From the sequence record PZ445456.1: a stretch of DNA of 39,315 bases; one strand, written 5' to 3'. Made by a program: the position numbers and the translations under genes. Origin of the DNA: a phage. Below, piece after piece: positions 1 through 8,512 of this stretch (position 1 is its first letter; every line of letters begins with the position of its first letter). Below the pieces are notes generated by a model, which did not search any database, had not been told where the DNA came from, and saw only the letters and a program-made list of their open reading frames with translations.

Positions 1-1761
1 ATGTCACAATCCCAAGAAGCTAAGAACGCGCTAATCATTGCGCAACTTAAGGGTGACTTCGTGGCCTTCCTGTTCGTCTTATGGAAGGCTCTGAACTTAC
101 CTAAACCAACCAAGTGTCAGATTGATATGGCACGTACACTCGCTAACGGCGACCACAAGAAGTTTATCCTTCAGGCGTTCCGTGGTATCGGGAAGTCCTT
201 TATCACCTGTGCGTTCGTTGTGTGGGTGCTGTGGCGTGACCCTCAACTGAAGATACTCATCGTGTCTGCCTCCAAGGAACGTGCTGATGCTAACTCCATC
301 TTCATCAAGAACATCATCGACCTCCTTCCGTTCCTCTCTGAGTTGAAACCTCGACCGGGACAGCGAGACTCCGTGATTAGCTTCGATGTTGGCTTGGCTA
401 AACCAGACCACTCTCCCTCTGTGAAGTCTGTAGGTATCACTGGTCAGTTGACTGGTAGCCGTGCTGACATCATTATCGCAGATGACGTTGAGGTTCCCGG
501 TAATAGCTCTACGAGTTCTGCCCGTGAGAAGCTCTGGACGTTGGTAACTGAGTTTGCTGCATTACTTAAGCCGCTGCCTACCTCTCGTGTTATCTACCTT
601 GGCACACCTCAAACCGAGATGACGCTCTACAAGGAACTTGAGGATAACAAAGGTTACAGTACAGTAATCTGGCCAGCACAGTATCCTCGTAATGACGCTG
701 AGGCTCTCTACTATGGGGACCGCTTGGCTCCGATGCTTAAGGCTGAGTATGATGAGGGCTATGAGTTACTTCGTGGTCAACCTACTGACCCTGTTCGATT
801 CGACATGGATGACCTCCGTGAACGTGAACTCGAATATGGTAAAGCTGGCTACACTCTTCAGTTCATGCTTAACCCGAACCTTAGTGATGCCGAGAAGTAC
901 CCTCTACGACTCCGTGACGCTATCGTGTGCGCTGTGGACCCTGAACGTGCCCCATTGTCTTACCAGTGGCTTCCGAACCGTCAGAACCGCAATGAGGAAC
1001 TCCCTAACGTTGGTCTGAAGGGTGATGACATCCATGCGTTCCATACGTGCTCTTCTCGTACCGCTGAGTATCAGTCTAAGATTCTGGTCATTGACCCAAG
1101 TGGTCGTGGTAAGGATGAGACCGGGTATGCAGTCCTCTACTCACTGAACGGTTACATCTACCTGATGGAAGTCGGAGGGTTCCGTGGTGGCTACGATGAT
1201 GCTACCCTAGAGAAGCTCGCTAAGAAGGCCAAGCAGTGGAAGGTACAGACAGTCGTCCATGAGTCCAACTTCGGTGATGGTATGTTCGGTAAGATTTTCT
1301 CTCCGATTCTCCTGAAGCACCATAAGTGTGCCTTAGAGGAAATCCGTGCTAAGGGCATGAAGGAGATGCGAATCTGCGATACTATCGAGCCGTTGATGGG
1401 TGCACACAAGCTGGTCATTCGTGATGAGGTTATCCGTGAGGACTACCAGACTGCTCGTGACCTTGATGGGAAACACGATGTCCGCTACAGTGCGTTCTAT
1501 CAGATGACCCGTATGACTCGTGAGAAGGGCGCTGTGGCACACGATGACCGCATTGATGCTATCGCATTGGGTATCGAGTTCCTTCGTGAAGGGATGCTTG
1601 TGGACAGCCGTGTAGGTGAAGAAGAGATGACCCTTGAGTTCCTTGAACACCACATGGAGAAACAGACCATTGGTGGTGATGCTATCCATAGCTACGAGGC
1701 TGGTGGCGTAGACATCTACTACGAGGACGATGGAGACTCTAGCTGCTTCATTGAGTGGTAA
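1..1761 (+). CDS. 19: Terminase large subunit (DNA maturase B), 586 aa
   Basis: Near full-length match to T7 gp19 as recalled ([25 protein letters not shown]..., [38 protein letters not shown]); RBS AAGGAGG lies at the window end just upstream across the circular junction. Confidence 0.95.
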   Translation: MSQSQEAKNALIIAQLKGDFVAFLFVLWKALNLPKPTKCQIDMARTLANGDHKKFILQAFRGIGKSFITCAFVVWVLWRDPQLKILIVSASKERADANSIFIKNIIDLLPFLSELKPRPGQRDSVISFDVGLAKPDHSPSVKSVGITGQLTGSRADIIIADDVEVPGNSSTSSAREKLWTLVTEFAALLKPLPTSRVIYLGTPQTEMTLYKELEDNKGYSTVIWPAQYPRNDAEALYYGDRLAPMLKAEYDEGYELLRGQPTDPVRFDMDDLRERELEYGKAGYTLQFMLNPNLSDAEKYPLRLRDAIVCAVDPERAPLSYQWLPNRQNRNEELPNVGLKGDDIHAFHTCSSRTAEYQSKILVIDPSGRGKDETGYAVLYSLNGYIYLMEVGGFRGGYDDATLEKLAKKAKQWKVQTVVHESNFGDGMFGKIFSPILLKHHKCALEEIRAKGMKEMRICDTIEPLMGAHKLVIRDEVIREDYQTARDLDGKHDVRYSAFYQMTRMTREKGAVAHDDRIDAIALGIEFLREGMLVDSRVGEEEMTLEFLEHHMEKQTIGGDAIHSYEAGGVDIYYEDDGDSSCFIEW

Positions 1762-1781
1762 TAGATAATAGGAGGTATATA

Positions 1782-2228
1782 ATGAGAGTGGCAATTGATA
1801 GTATCACTGGTTGCCACATCTTCCAAGGGTGTAAGACTAAGGGTGGCTACGGTAGGATTCGTGTTAATGGTGTTCATTGGATGGCACATCGATACGCACT
1901 ATTCGTCCACCTGAAGCGTCCTTTAAGGGAAGGATGTGTGGTAATGCACTCCTGTGATAACCCTTCGTGTGTCAATCCAGCGCACTTATCTGAGGGAACA
2001 CAGAAAGAGAACATGGCTGACTGTAAGACAAAGGGCCGTATGGTTCGTGGAGGTTCTTCGGGTCCACGCAAAAGTCTTACAGAGAGGCTCCAAGAGTCAT
2101 TTGAGAAACGACTAAAGGCTGTGCTTGAGGCTAATGGCTCAGACGCTGAGGTTGCTAAGAGACTTGGTTTAAACATCCAGTGGGTCAAGAAGGCTCGATC
2201 TGGTAAACTAAATATGCACGTAAAGTGA
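1782..2228 (+). CDS. HNH homing-type endonuclease with C-terminal HTH-like region, 148 aa
   Basis: ATG at 1782 preceded by AGGAGG (1770-1775). HNH signature CHIF..C..GYGRIRVNGVHWMAHRYALFVH...HSCDNPSCVNPAHL; C-terminal EVAKRLGLNIQWVKKARSG resembles a helix-turn-helix. Confidence 0.8.
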   Translation: MRVAIDSITGCHIFQGCKTKGGYGRIRVNGVHWMAHRYALFVHLKRPLREGCVVMHSCDNPSCVNPAHLSEGTQKENMADCKTKGRMVRGGSSGPRKSLTERLQESFEKRLKAVLEANGSDAEVAKRLGLNIQWVKKARSGKLNMHVK

Positions 2229-2294
2229 CTTACTATGCACTATGGGCACCCTATTGAGTGAGGTATAAAAACCTAATGAAATCAAGGGTGTCCC

Positions 2295-2317
2295 TAATAC
2301 GACTCACTATTGGGAAG
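2295..2317 (+). promoter_or_regulatory. Phage RNAP promoter, right-end (phiOR-equivalent)
   Basis: TAATACGACTCACTATTGGGAAG; 22/23 match to this genome's own promoter consensus; position after gene 19 region as in T7. Confidence 0.7.
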
Positions 2318-2476
2318 GGCACCCTAAGACAACTTAAAGACACTTAAAGACTGCATATGCAAAGTGCATACTTAGTGACTAACTCTTAGAGAGACCCTTA
2401 CAGTGAGGGATGATGGTAATAGTAATTACATCCCTACTATCAGTGTAACCATCAAGTATAACAAGGAGGACGCTCT

Positions 2477-2632
2477 ATGCGCTTACTATCCGTGCTCAAG
2501 ACACTGGCAACGCATCGAGTGACTTACAAATTTCTCGTTGTACTTGCTGCTTCCATTGGTCTCGCATCTAGTGCTGAACACATCGGTGAACTGGAGACTC
2601 TGCTTTGTTCTCTACTCACTTGTGTTCCTTAG
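2477..2632 (+). CDS. Small hydrophobic protein, 51 aa (gene 19.5 position)
   Basis: ATG with strong RBS AAGGAGGA 8 nt upstream; MRLLSVLKTLATHRVTYKFLVVLAASIGLASSAEHIGELETLLCSLLTCVP; sits about 180 nt downstream of the right-end promoter as gene 19.5 does in T7. Confidence 0.45.
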   Translation: MRLLSVLKTLATHRVTYKFLVVLAASIGLASSAEHIGELETLLCSLLTCVP

Positions 2633-2639
2633 ACTGATC

Positions 2640-3215
2640 ATCGGCGCTTAGTGCGCTCTTAGTGATTATGGTCGATATACATCTTCCCTATAATCACTGT
2701 AAGAAGTCAACTCTAAGAGTAACCCTTATGTACCACTCTATGGTCTACAGGGTCTCTTAGGGTCTCTCACGTAGTCTCACCTTATGATAGAGCCTCTGTG
2801 GTTAACCTTATGAGACTTGATGTACCCCTTTAAGAATCCTACAGAAAAATCTGAGAGGGTATCTCATAGTTCATACAAAGTGTTTCCCCCCCTATGGCCT
2901 CCTTCAGTTACCCCAAAGAGTCGGCCCCTATGGTAACTTTATGTTTACTTAATGTCAATCCTTATGTGTGACATTGGGTGAATCACTTGGTGTTACCACT
3001 AGATGTAGTGCTTAGTGTGACCTTATGACCACTATATGTAGTCCTCTCTGTGTCCCTATCTGTAAGTGACCATTGAGTTACTCCTTATGTCATCACCTTA
3101 TGTCATCTCCTTATGTCATCACCTAGAGTCTCTCCTTATGGCTGGCTATCCTTATGTTAACCTTCAGTCGGTGCCTTCAGTCGATAGACCTTATGTTGTC
3201 ACTTAAAGACCATAC
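2640..3215. repeat. Genome-terminus region with arrays of short direct repeats (11 CCTTATG copies plus CCTATGG and CCTTCAGTCG variants)
   Basis: CCTTATG at 2724, 2780, 2806, 2960, 3021, 3083, 3096, 3109, 3134, 3150, 3189; triple tandem CCTTATGTCATC(A/T) at 3083-3122; CCTTCAGTCG twice at 3161-3183. Non-coding; positionally equivalent to the T7 terminal repeat with flanking short-repeat arrays. True ends and repeat length cannot be read from sequence alone. Confidence 0.6.
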
Positions 3216-3218
3216 AGC

Positions 3219-3241
3219 TAATACAACTCACTATTGAGGAT
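3219..3241 (+). promoter_or_regulatory. Phage RNAP promoter, left-end (phiOL-equivalent)
   Basis: TAATACAACTCACTATTGAGGA; shares the ACAACTC variant I recall for T7 phiOL; lies upstream of the sigma70 promoter cluster. Confidence 0.6.
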
Positions 3242-3317
3242 TGGTCTTATTAATATTCCCTTCCTTATAGGGCTAACTTAAAGACCACTTAAAGACAACT
3301 ATTTGTCACTTTAAGTA

Positions 3318-3346
3318 TTGACTCTAAGATTAACCTATGAGACTAT
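3318..3346 (+). promoter_or_regulatory. Host sigma70 early promoter (A1-like)
   Basis: TTGACT (3318-3323), 17-nt spacer, GACTAT (3341-3346); surrounding sequence TTGACTCTAAGATTAACCTATGAGACTATAG parallels T7 A1 as recalled. Confidence 0.5.
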
Positions 3347-3452
3347 AGCAACCGTTGAGAGACACAACGCTACCAACTACCAGACAAGACCTAGAGTTAT
3401 CTGGTAAGGCTGAAGGGTCTCAAGTAGTCATCAACCAGACATACGAAAGTGG

Positions 3453-3481
3453 TTGACTCAACGATAGAAACAACGTAGTAT
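3453..3481 (+). promoter_or_regulatory. Host sigma70 early promoter (A2-like)
   Basis: TTGACT (3453-3458), 17-nt spacer, TAGTAT (3476-3481). Confidence 0.45.
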
Positions 3482-3545
3482 AGCAGTCGTCAACAACTGG
3501 TCGCCCTCTGAAACAACATGAGGTGTCACGGTGGCAAACAATAGG

Positions 3546-3575
3546 TTGACAGGCAGCAACAACAAGATGTAAGAT
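3546..3575 (+). promoter_or_regulatory. Host sigma70 early promoter (A3-like)
   Basis: TTGACA (3546-3551), 18-nt spacer, TAAGAT (3570-3575). Confidence 0.5.
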
Positions 3576-3644
3576 GTACGACATAACGTTCTTGTGAAGT
3601 CCCACACTGAAAGGGACTCGGTGCTAACAAAACTGCACTTAAAG

Positions 3645-3735
3645 CTCTTTAACAATTTGGATAATAAGCACTCTTGAGATGATGACAACAGCGATTAACT
3701 CAAGGTGACTCGAAAGAGAAGCCTTTATGATAATC
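3645..3735 (+). promoter_or_regulatory. Putative RNase III processing site upstream of gene 0.3 (R0.3-like)
   Basis: CTCTTTAACAATTTGGATAATAAGCACTCTTGAGATGATGACAACAGCGATTAACTCAAGG...CCTTTATGATAATCACT closely parallels the T7 R0.3 leader as recalled; boundaries approximate. Confidence 0.4.
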
Positions 3736-3762
3736 ACTGCAACCACATGAGGTACACATCCC

Positions 3763-4218
3763 ATGATTCACACTAAAGAGCAAGCTAACGTTTTCTATGT
3801 ACTGGTAAGCGCATTCCGTTCTAACCTGCACCACTTGGATAACCTTAGCCGTCATCGTCGCTTAGTTAACAGCTTACGCAATGCACCTCTGGAATACGGT
3901 AGCGTTGAGTCCACAGACTTAACTGGCTGTTACCATGAGGCTGGCATGGAGTCACCTGCTGAAGAGCAAACCATCCGAGTACGCTGCACGACCAAGGCGC
4001 AAGCTATAAGTGTCGCACGGTTGGCCTGTAACGACTATGAGCAAGACTGTGTACTGGTCTATAAGTCACAGACTCACAGCGCTGCACTAATCTTTGCTGG
4101 TGGCTTAGATGGCTGGAAGACTGAGCGCATTGGGACGTTCCAGATGGTCGCACCCGAAGTTGAACTGATTGGCAACTACACGGTCGATGAGTTCGGACGT
4201 GGCTGGAAGGTAATCTAA
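3763..4218 (+). CDS. 0.3: S-adenosylmethionine hydrolase/lyase (T3-type gene 0.3 anti-restriction), 151 aa
   Basis: MIHTKEQANVFYVLVSAFRSN...YGSVESTDLTGCY...KAQAISVARLACN..EQDCVLVYKSQTH...IDEFGR matches T3 SAMase as recalled; not Ocr-like (not acidic, no DNA mimic character). Confidence 0.88.
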   Translation: MIHTKEQANVFYVLVSAFRSNLHHLDNLSRHRRLVNSLRNAPLEYGSVESTDLTGCYHEAGMESPAEEQTIRVRCTTKAQAISVARLACNDYEQDCVLVYKSQTHSAALIFAGGLDGWKTERIGTFQMVAPEVELIGNYTVDEFGRGWKVI

Positions 4219-4415
4219 TGGTCGCACTCTTCGTAATCACGATGTACGCTCTGATTGGGGCGTACTTCCTTCGAGACTTCCGCAAGGGTCTGAAGGTACA
4301 CAAGGCTAACTTCTCGCACCTGAAGTATGGCTTTCTACCACGATTCACAGTCCGTGAACGCAACGGGCGCTTTAAGGCTAACAAGGTTGGTATCTTCTAT
4401 GTTGCAACACACTGA
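4218..4415 (+). CDS. Small early membrane protein, 65 aa (gene 0.4-0.6 region)
   Basis: TAATG overlap with the 0.3 stop; N-terminal hydrophobic helix VALFVITMYALIGAYFL; no homology recognised. Confidence 0.4.
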   Translation: MVALFVITMYALIGAYFLRDFRKGLKVHKANFSHLKYGFLPRFTVRERNGRFKANKVGIFYVATH

Positions 4416-4563
4416 TAGTTTAACTAAGAAAGTTCTGTACGCACTGGCATATGGTGCTACCAACAAGACTCTAATGCGGGCATTGCACCTGAAGCGGCTG
4501 CCAGCCAGAAAGGTAGCAAAGGCACGTAAAGAAGCACGTTTAATCATCAATTCTCTTTCTTAA
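4399..4563 (+). CDS. Small basic early protein, about 54 aa
   Basis: In-frame ATG at 4399 inside ORF 4327..4563; overlaps the preceding ORF in another frame; basic C-terminus LKRLPARKVAKARKEARLI. Start uncertain. Confidence 0.3.
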   Translation: MLQHTDSLTKKVLYALAYGATNKTLMRALHLKRLPARKVAKARKEARLIINSLS

Positions 4564-4584
4564 ACTTAAATAGGACACAATCTA

Positions 4585-5508
4585 ATGAACTACACCGACA
4601 TTCAGGCACGTCTGGCAATCATCAAGTCACTCCCGATTAGCGAACTGGACAAGCGCCAGCCTCTTCTGGTTGCACTGGCTGCTGACATCGTGAACGGTGA
4701 GACAAGCGATGGCAACGATACAGATGGGTCGCAGGGTCTTGAGTATCAGGACTATTGGCACACATTGGGTGCACTGATGCGTGATGCTGGATTCAAGATG
4801 TTAGGCAATGGTCACTTCAGTGCGGCCTACTCGCACGAAATGTTACCGGGTCGAGTCATCAAGGTTGGCTTTAAGAAAGAGGATTCAGGCGCTGCGTACA
4901 CTGCGTTCTGTAGGATGCACCAAGGCCGAGCGGGTATCCCTAACGTCTATCACGTAGCACGACATGCAGGTTGCTATACGGTCGTACTGGACCGCTTAAA
5001 AAGCTGTGACCGCTACGCTAACGATGTGCACGCAAAGTATGCAAGTGCTGCGCAGGAGTTCATTGAGTGCACTGGAGGTGATGCTGATTGGTACGCACAA
5101 TATGTTAGCAAGGAGTTCATTGAGACGTGCAAGATGATTCGTGAGTTCTTCCACGGTATTGCATCTTTCGACATGCACAGCGGGAACATTATGTTCGATG
5201 ACAACGATGTCCCGTACATCACTGACCCGGTTAGCTTCTCACATGACCGTGAACGTGAGGACGGTTTCCCTCTGGACCCTGAAGCACTGCTGGCTGAGGT
5301 CGAGGCTGTAGCGAAAGAGCGCATGATTGAACGTTGCCGCAACCGCAAGGCCAAGTGTGACCCTAACGGAACCTTTCAGGTTAACCGCAAGGCCGCAATG
5401 AAACGCCGTAAGCGCAACCGCAAGTTACGCGCCAAACGTGATGCTGAGGCTGCAAAGCACTTTGTACAGCATAGACATGGACAAAGCAGGAACTACGGGA
5501 CGCTATGA
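4585..5508 (+). CDS. 0.7: Gene 0.7 protein kinase (N-terminal kinase portion), 307 aa
   Basis: [15 protein letters not shown]...[22 protein letters not shown]...GIPNVY...[10 protein letters not shown]...[13 protein letters not shown]...[11 protein letters not shown] matches T7 gp0.7 as recalled. Confidence 0.9.
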   Translation: MNYTDIQARLAIIKSLPISELDKRQPLLVALAADIVNGETSDGNDTDGSQGLEYQDYWHTLGALMRDAGFKMLGNGHFSAAYSHEMLPGRVIKVGFKKEDSGAAYTAFCRMHQGRAGIPNVYHVARHAGCYTVVLDRLKSCDRYANDVHAKYASAAQEFIECTGGDADWYAQYVSKEFIETCKMIREFFHGIASFDMHSGNIMFDDNDVPYITDPVSFSHDREREDGFPLDPEALLAEVEAVAKERMIERCRNRKAKCDPNGTFQVNRKAAMKRRKRNRKLRAKRDAEAAKHFVQHRHGQSRNYGTL

Positions 5509-5690
5509 GGGCGCAAGATTGGATGGGTGCGCACAACTGGCACAACATGTGGTTGCACAACAACATTGCAGACGTAATCAAGATTGACCAAGTGAACGGC
5601 CTTAAGTGGCAACTAGGGGACCGCCTCGCAATACAAGCGGGTCTCCCTTTGAACATCGACAAGGCACTTGACGCTCAACTGATGGGCTGA
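5505..5690 (+). CDS. Gene 0.7 C-terminal (host shut-off) domain as a separate ORF, 61 aa
   Basis: Different frame, ATGA overlap with the kinase ORF stop; C-terminus [21 protein letters not shown] matches the T7 gp0.7 C-terminus (..LTLNIDKQLDAMLMG). Confidence 0.6.
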   Translation: MRAQDWMGAHNWHNMWLHNNIADVIKIDQVNGLKWQLGDRLAIQAGLPLNIDKALDAQLMG

Positions 5691-5763
5691 TAAGGTGTAT
5701 CTTCAAGGTCGGCACTGTCTGCTGGCCTTTATAGATAAACTTTCTTAACAACGTGAGGCAACA

Positions 5764-8415
5764 ATGACTAACGTAATCAACGCACCAAAGAACGACTTCT
5801 CTGACATCGCTAACGCAATCCAGCCGTACAACATTCTGGCTGACCACTACGGTGCACAGCTTGCAGCTACACAGCTTGAGTTAGAACACGAAGCGCACAC
5901 CGAAGGCGAGAAGCGTTTCCTTAAGGCAATGGAACGTCAAATCAAAGCGGGTGAGTTCGGCGATAACGCAGTAGCTAAACCTCTCCTGTCATCCCTCGCA
6001 CCGAAGTTTATCGAGGCGTGGAACACTTGGTTCGCTGAAGTGGAAGCGAAGCGTGGCAAGCGTCCAGTGGCCTACAATCTGGTACAGAAGGTTACACCTG
6101 AAGCTGCTGCATTCATCACACTGAAGGTCACGCTGGCTTGCTTGACCAAAGAGGAATACACGAACCTTCAATCGGTCGCCACTAAGATTGGTCGCAGTAT
6201 TGAAGACGAGCTACGTTTTGGTCGCATCCGTGACGAAGAAGCGAAGCACTTTAAGAACCATGTACAAGAAGCACTCAACAAGCGCGTTGGTATCGTCTAC
6301 AAGAAAGCATTCATGCAAGCGGTTGAAGGCAAGATGTTAGACGCTGGTCAACTACAGACCAAGTGGACCACATGGACACCTGAAGAAGCAATTCACGTTG
6401 GTGTACGCATGTTGGAACTACTCATTGGTTCTACTGGTCTCGTTGAGTTACACCGCCCGTTCGCTGGGAACATCGAGAAGGATGGCGAGTACATCCAGTT
6501 AACAGAACAGTATGTAGACCTGTTATCCAAACGTGCTGGCGCACTGGCTGCAATCGCTCCGATGTATCAGCCTTGCGTGGTCCCGCCTAAGCCTTGGACT
6601 TCTCCGGTCGGCGGTGGCTATTGGGCTGCTGGTCGCAAGCCTCTCTCTCTGGTTCGCACTGGTAGCAAGAAGGGACTGGAACGTTACAACGACGTGTACA
6701 TGCCTGAAGTTTACAAGGCGGTGAACATCGCACAGAATACTCCTTGGAAGATTAACAAGAAGGTTCTGGCAGTGGTCAACGAGATTGTGAACTGGAAGCA
6801 TTGCCCGGTTGAAGATGTACCCGCTCTGGAACGTGGAGAACTTCCGGTCAAACCTGATGACATCGACACCAACGAGGCATCACTCAAAGCATGGAAGAAA
6901 GCGGCCTCCGCAATCTACCGTAAAGAGAAGGCTCGCGTGTCTCGTCGCATGAGCATGGAGTTCATGTTGGGTCAAGCCAATAAGTTCGCACAGTTTAAAG
7001 CTATCTGGTTCCCGATGAATATGGACTGGCGCGGTCGTGTGTACGCGGTCCCGATGTTCAACCCGCAAGGCAACGACATGACCAAAGGCTTGCTGACGCT
7101 CGCTAAAGGTAAACCAATCGGTGTAGATGGGTACTACTGGCTGAAGATTCACGGTGCTAACACTGCTGGCGTGGACAAGGTGGACTTTGCAGAACGCATC
7201 AAGTTCATTGATGACAACCATGAGAACATCCTGAGCGTAGCGGCTGACCCAATTGCTAACACTTGGTGGGCCGAGCAAGACTCTCCGTTCTGCTTCCTCG
7301 CGTTCTGCTTCGAGTATGCAGGTGTGCAACACCACGGGATGAACTACAACTGCTCTCTTCCGCTGGCGTTCGATGGTAGCTGCTCCGGTATTCAGCACTT
7401 CTCCGCGATGCTCCGTGATGAGGTTGGCGGTCGTGCGGTTAACCTGCTGCCGAGCAAGGAAGTACAGGACATCTACCGCATCGTTGCGGAACGTGTGAAC
7501 GAAATCCTGAACCAAGATGTTATCAACGGGACCGACAACGAAGTAGAGACCGTGACCAACAAGGACACAGGGGAAATCACTGAGAAGCTCAAGCTGGGTA
7601 CTAAAGAACTAGCTGGTCAGTGGCTGGCCTATGGTGTGACTCGCAAGGTCACTAAGCGTTCAGTCATGACATTGGCTTACGGTTCCAAAGAGTACGGCTT
7701 CCGTGACCAAGTTCTTGAGGACACCATTCAGCCAGCTATCGACGATGGCAAGGGCTTGATGTTCACTCAACCGAACCAAGCGGCTGGCTATATGGCTAAA
7801 CTGATTTGGAACGCCGTAACGGTGACTGTGGTCGCTGCGGTTGAGGCAATGAACTGGCTGAAGTCTGCTGCTAAACTGCTGGCTGCTGAGGTCAAGGACA
7901 AGAAGACCAAAGAGGTTCTGCGCAAACGCTGTGCGGTACATTGGGTAACTCCTGATGGCTTCCCTGTGTGGCAGGAATACCGTAAGGCAGTACAGACCCG
8001 CTTGAACCTGATGTTCTTAGGTCAGATTCGTTTGCAGCCTACCGTGAACACCAACAAGGATAGCGGCATTGATGCACGTAAGCAGGAGTCAGGTATCGCA
8101 CCTAACTTTGTTCACTCAATGGATGGTAGCCACCTGCGCATGACTGTGGTCCGCTCCAATGAGGTCTACGGTGTGGAATCGTTCGCACTGATTCACGACT
8201 CCTTTGGCACTATCCCTGCTGATGCTGGCAACCTGTTTAAAGCAGTGCGTGAAACTATGGTCAACACTTACGAAGAGAACGATGTACTTGCAGACTTCTA
8301 TGAGCAATTTGCTGACCAGTTGCACGAATCACAGCTTGACAAGATGCCTGAGATGCCAGCTAAAGGTTCTCTGGACCTGCAAGAAATCCTTAAGTCAGAC
8401 TTTGCGTTTGCCTAA
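5764..8415 (+). CDS. 1: Single-subunit DNA-dependent RNA polymerase, 883 aa
   Basis: Collinear match to T7 RNAP over the full length; motif C IHDSFGT and specificity-loop residues R746/N748/R756/Q758 present (QTRLNLMFLGQIRLQPT). Confidence 0.98.
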   Translation: MTNVINAPKNDFSDIANAIQPYNILADHYGAQLAATQLELEHEAHTEGEKRFLKAMERQIKAGEFGDNAVAKPLLSSLAPKFIEAWNTWFAEVEAKRGKRPVAYNLVQKVTPEAAAFITLKVTLACLTKEEYTNLQSVATKIGRSIEDELRFGRIRDEEAKHFKNHVQEALNKRVGIVYKKAFMQAVEGKMLDAGQLQTKWTTWTPEEAIHVGVRMLELLIGSTGLVELHRPFAGNIEKDGEYIQLTEQYVDLLSKRAGALAAIAPMYQPCVVPPKPWTSPVGGGYWAAGRKPLSLVRTGSKKGLERYNDVYMPEVYKAVNIAQNTPWKINKKVLAVVNEIVNWKHCPVEDVPALERGELPVKPDDIDTNEASLKAWKKAASAIYRKEKARVSRRMSMEFMLGQANKFAQFKAIWFPMNMDWRGRVYAVPMFNPQGNDMTKGLLTLAKGKPIGVDGYYWLKIHGANTAGVDKVDFAERIKFIDDNHENILSVAADPIANTWWAEQDSPFCFLAFCFEYAGVQHHGMNYNCSLPLAFDGSCSGIQHFSAMLRDEVGGRAVNLLPSKEVQDIYRIVAERVNEILNQDVINGTDNEVETVTNKDTGEITEKLKLGTKELAGQWLAYGVTRKVTKRSVMTLAYGSKEYGFRDQVLEDTIQPAIDDGKGLMFTQPNQAAGYMAKLIWNAVTVTVVAAVEAMNWLKSAAKLLAAEVKDKKTKEVLRKRCAVHWVTPDGFPVWQEYRKAVQTRLNLMFLGQIRLQPTVNTNKDSGIDARKQESGIAPNFVHSMDGSHLRMTVVRSNEVYGVESFALIHDSFGTIPADAGNLFKAVRETMVNTYEENDVLADFYEQFADQLHESQLDKMPEMPAKGSLDLQEILKSDFAFA

Positions 8416-8422
8416 CGGAATC

Positions 8423-8445
8423 TAATACGACTCACTATTGGGAGA
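8423..8445 (+). promoter_or_regulatory. Phage RNAP promoter (phi1.1A-equivalent)
   Basis: TAATACGACTCACTATTGGGAGA, exact consensus; followed by a G9 run and an AT-rich CTTTAAG-repeat leader. Confidence 0.8.
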
Positions 8446-8512
8446 CCCTTGGGGGGGGGTTTCCCCTACTTTAAGATAACTTTAAGTTTTAACTTTAAGA
8501 GGAAACATAATC

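Noticed and set aside
2724-3195. CRISPR array
   Set aside because: The repeats are 7-13 bp with irregular spacing, far shorter than CRISPR repeats, and there are no cas genes; they match the T7-type terminus short-repeat arrays instead.
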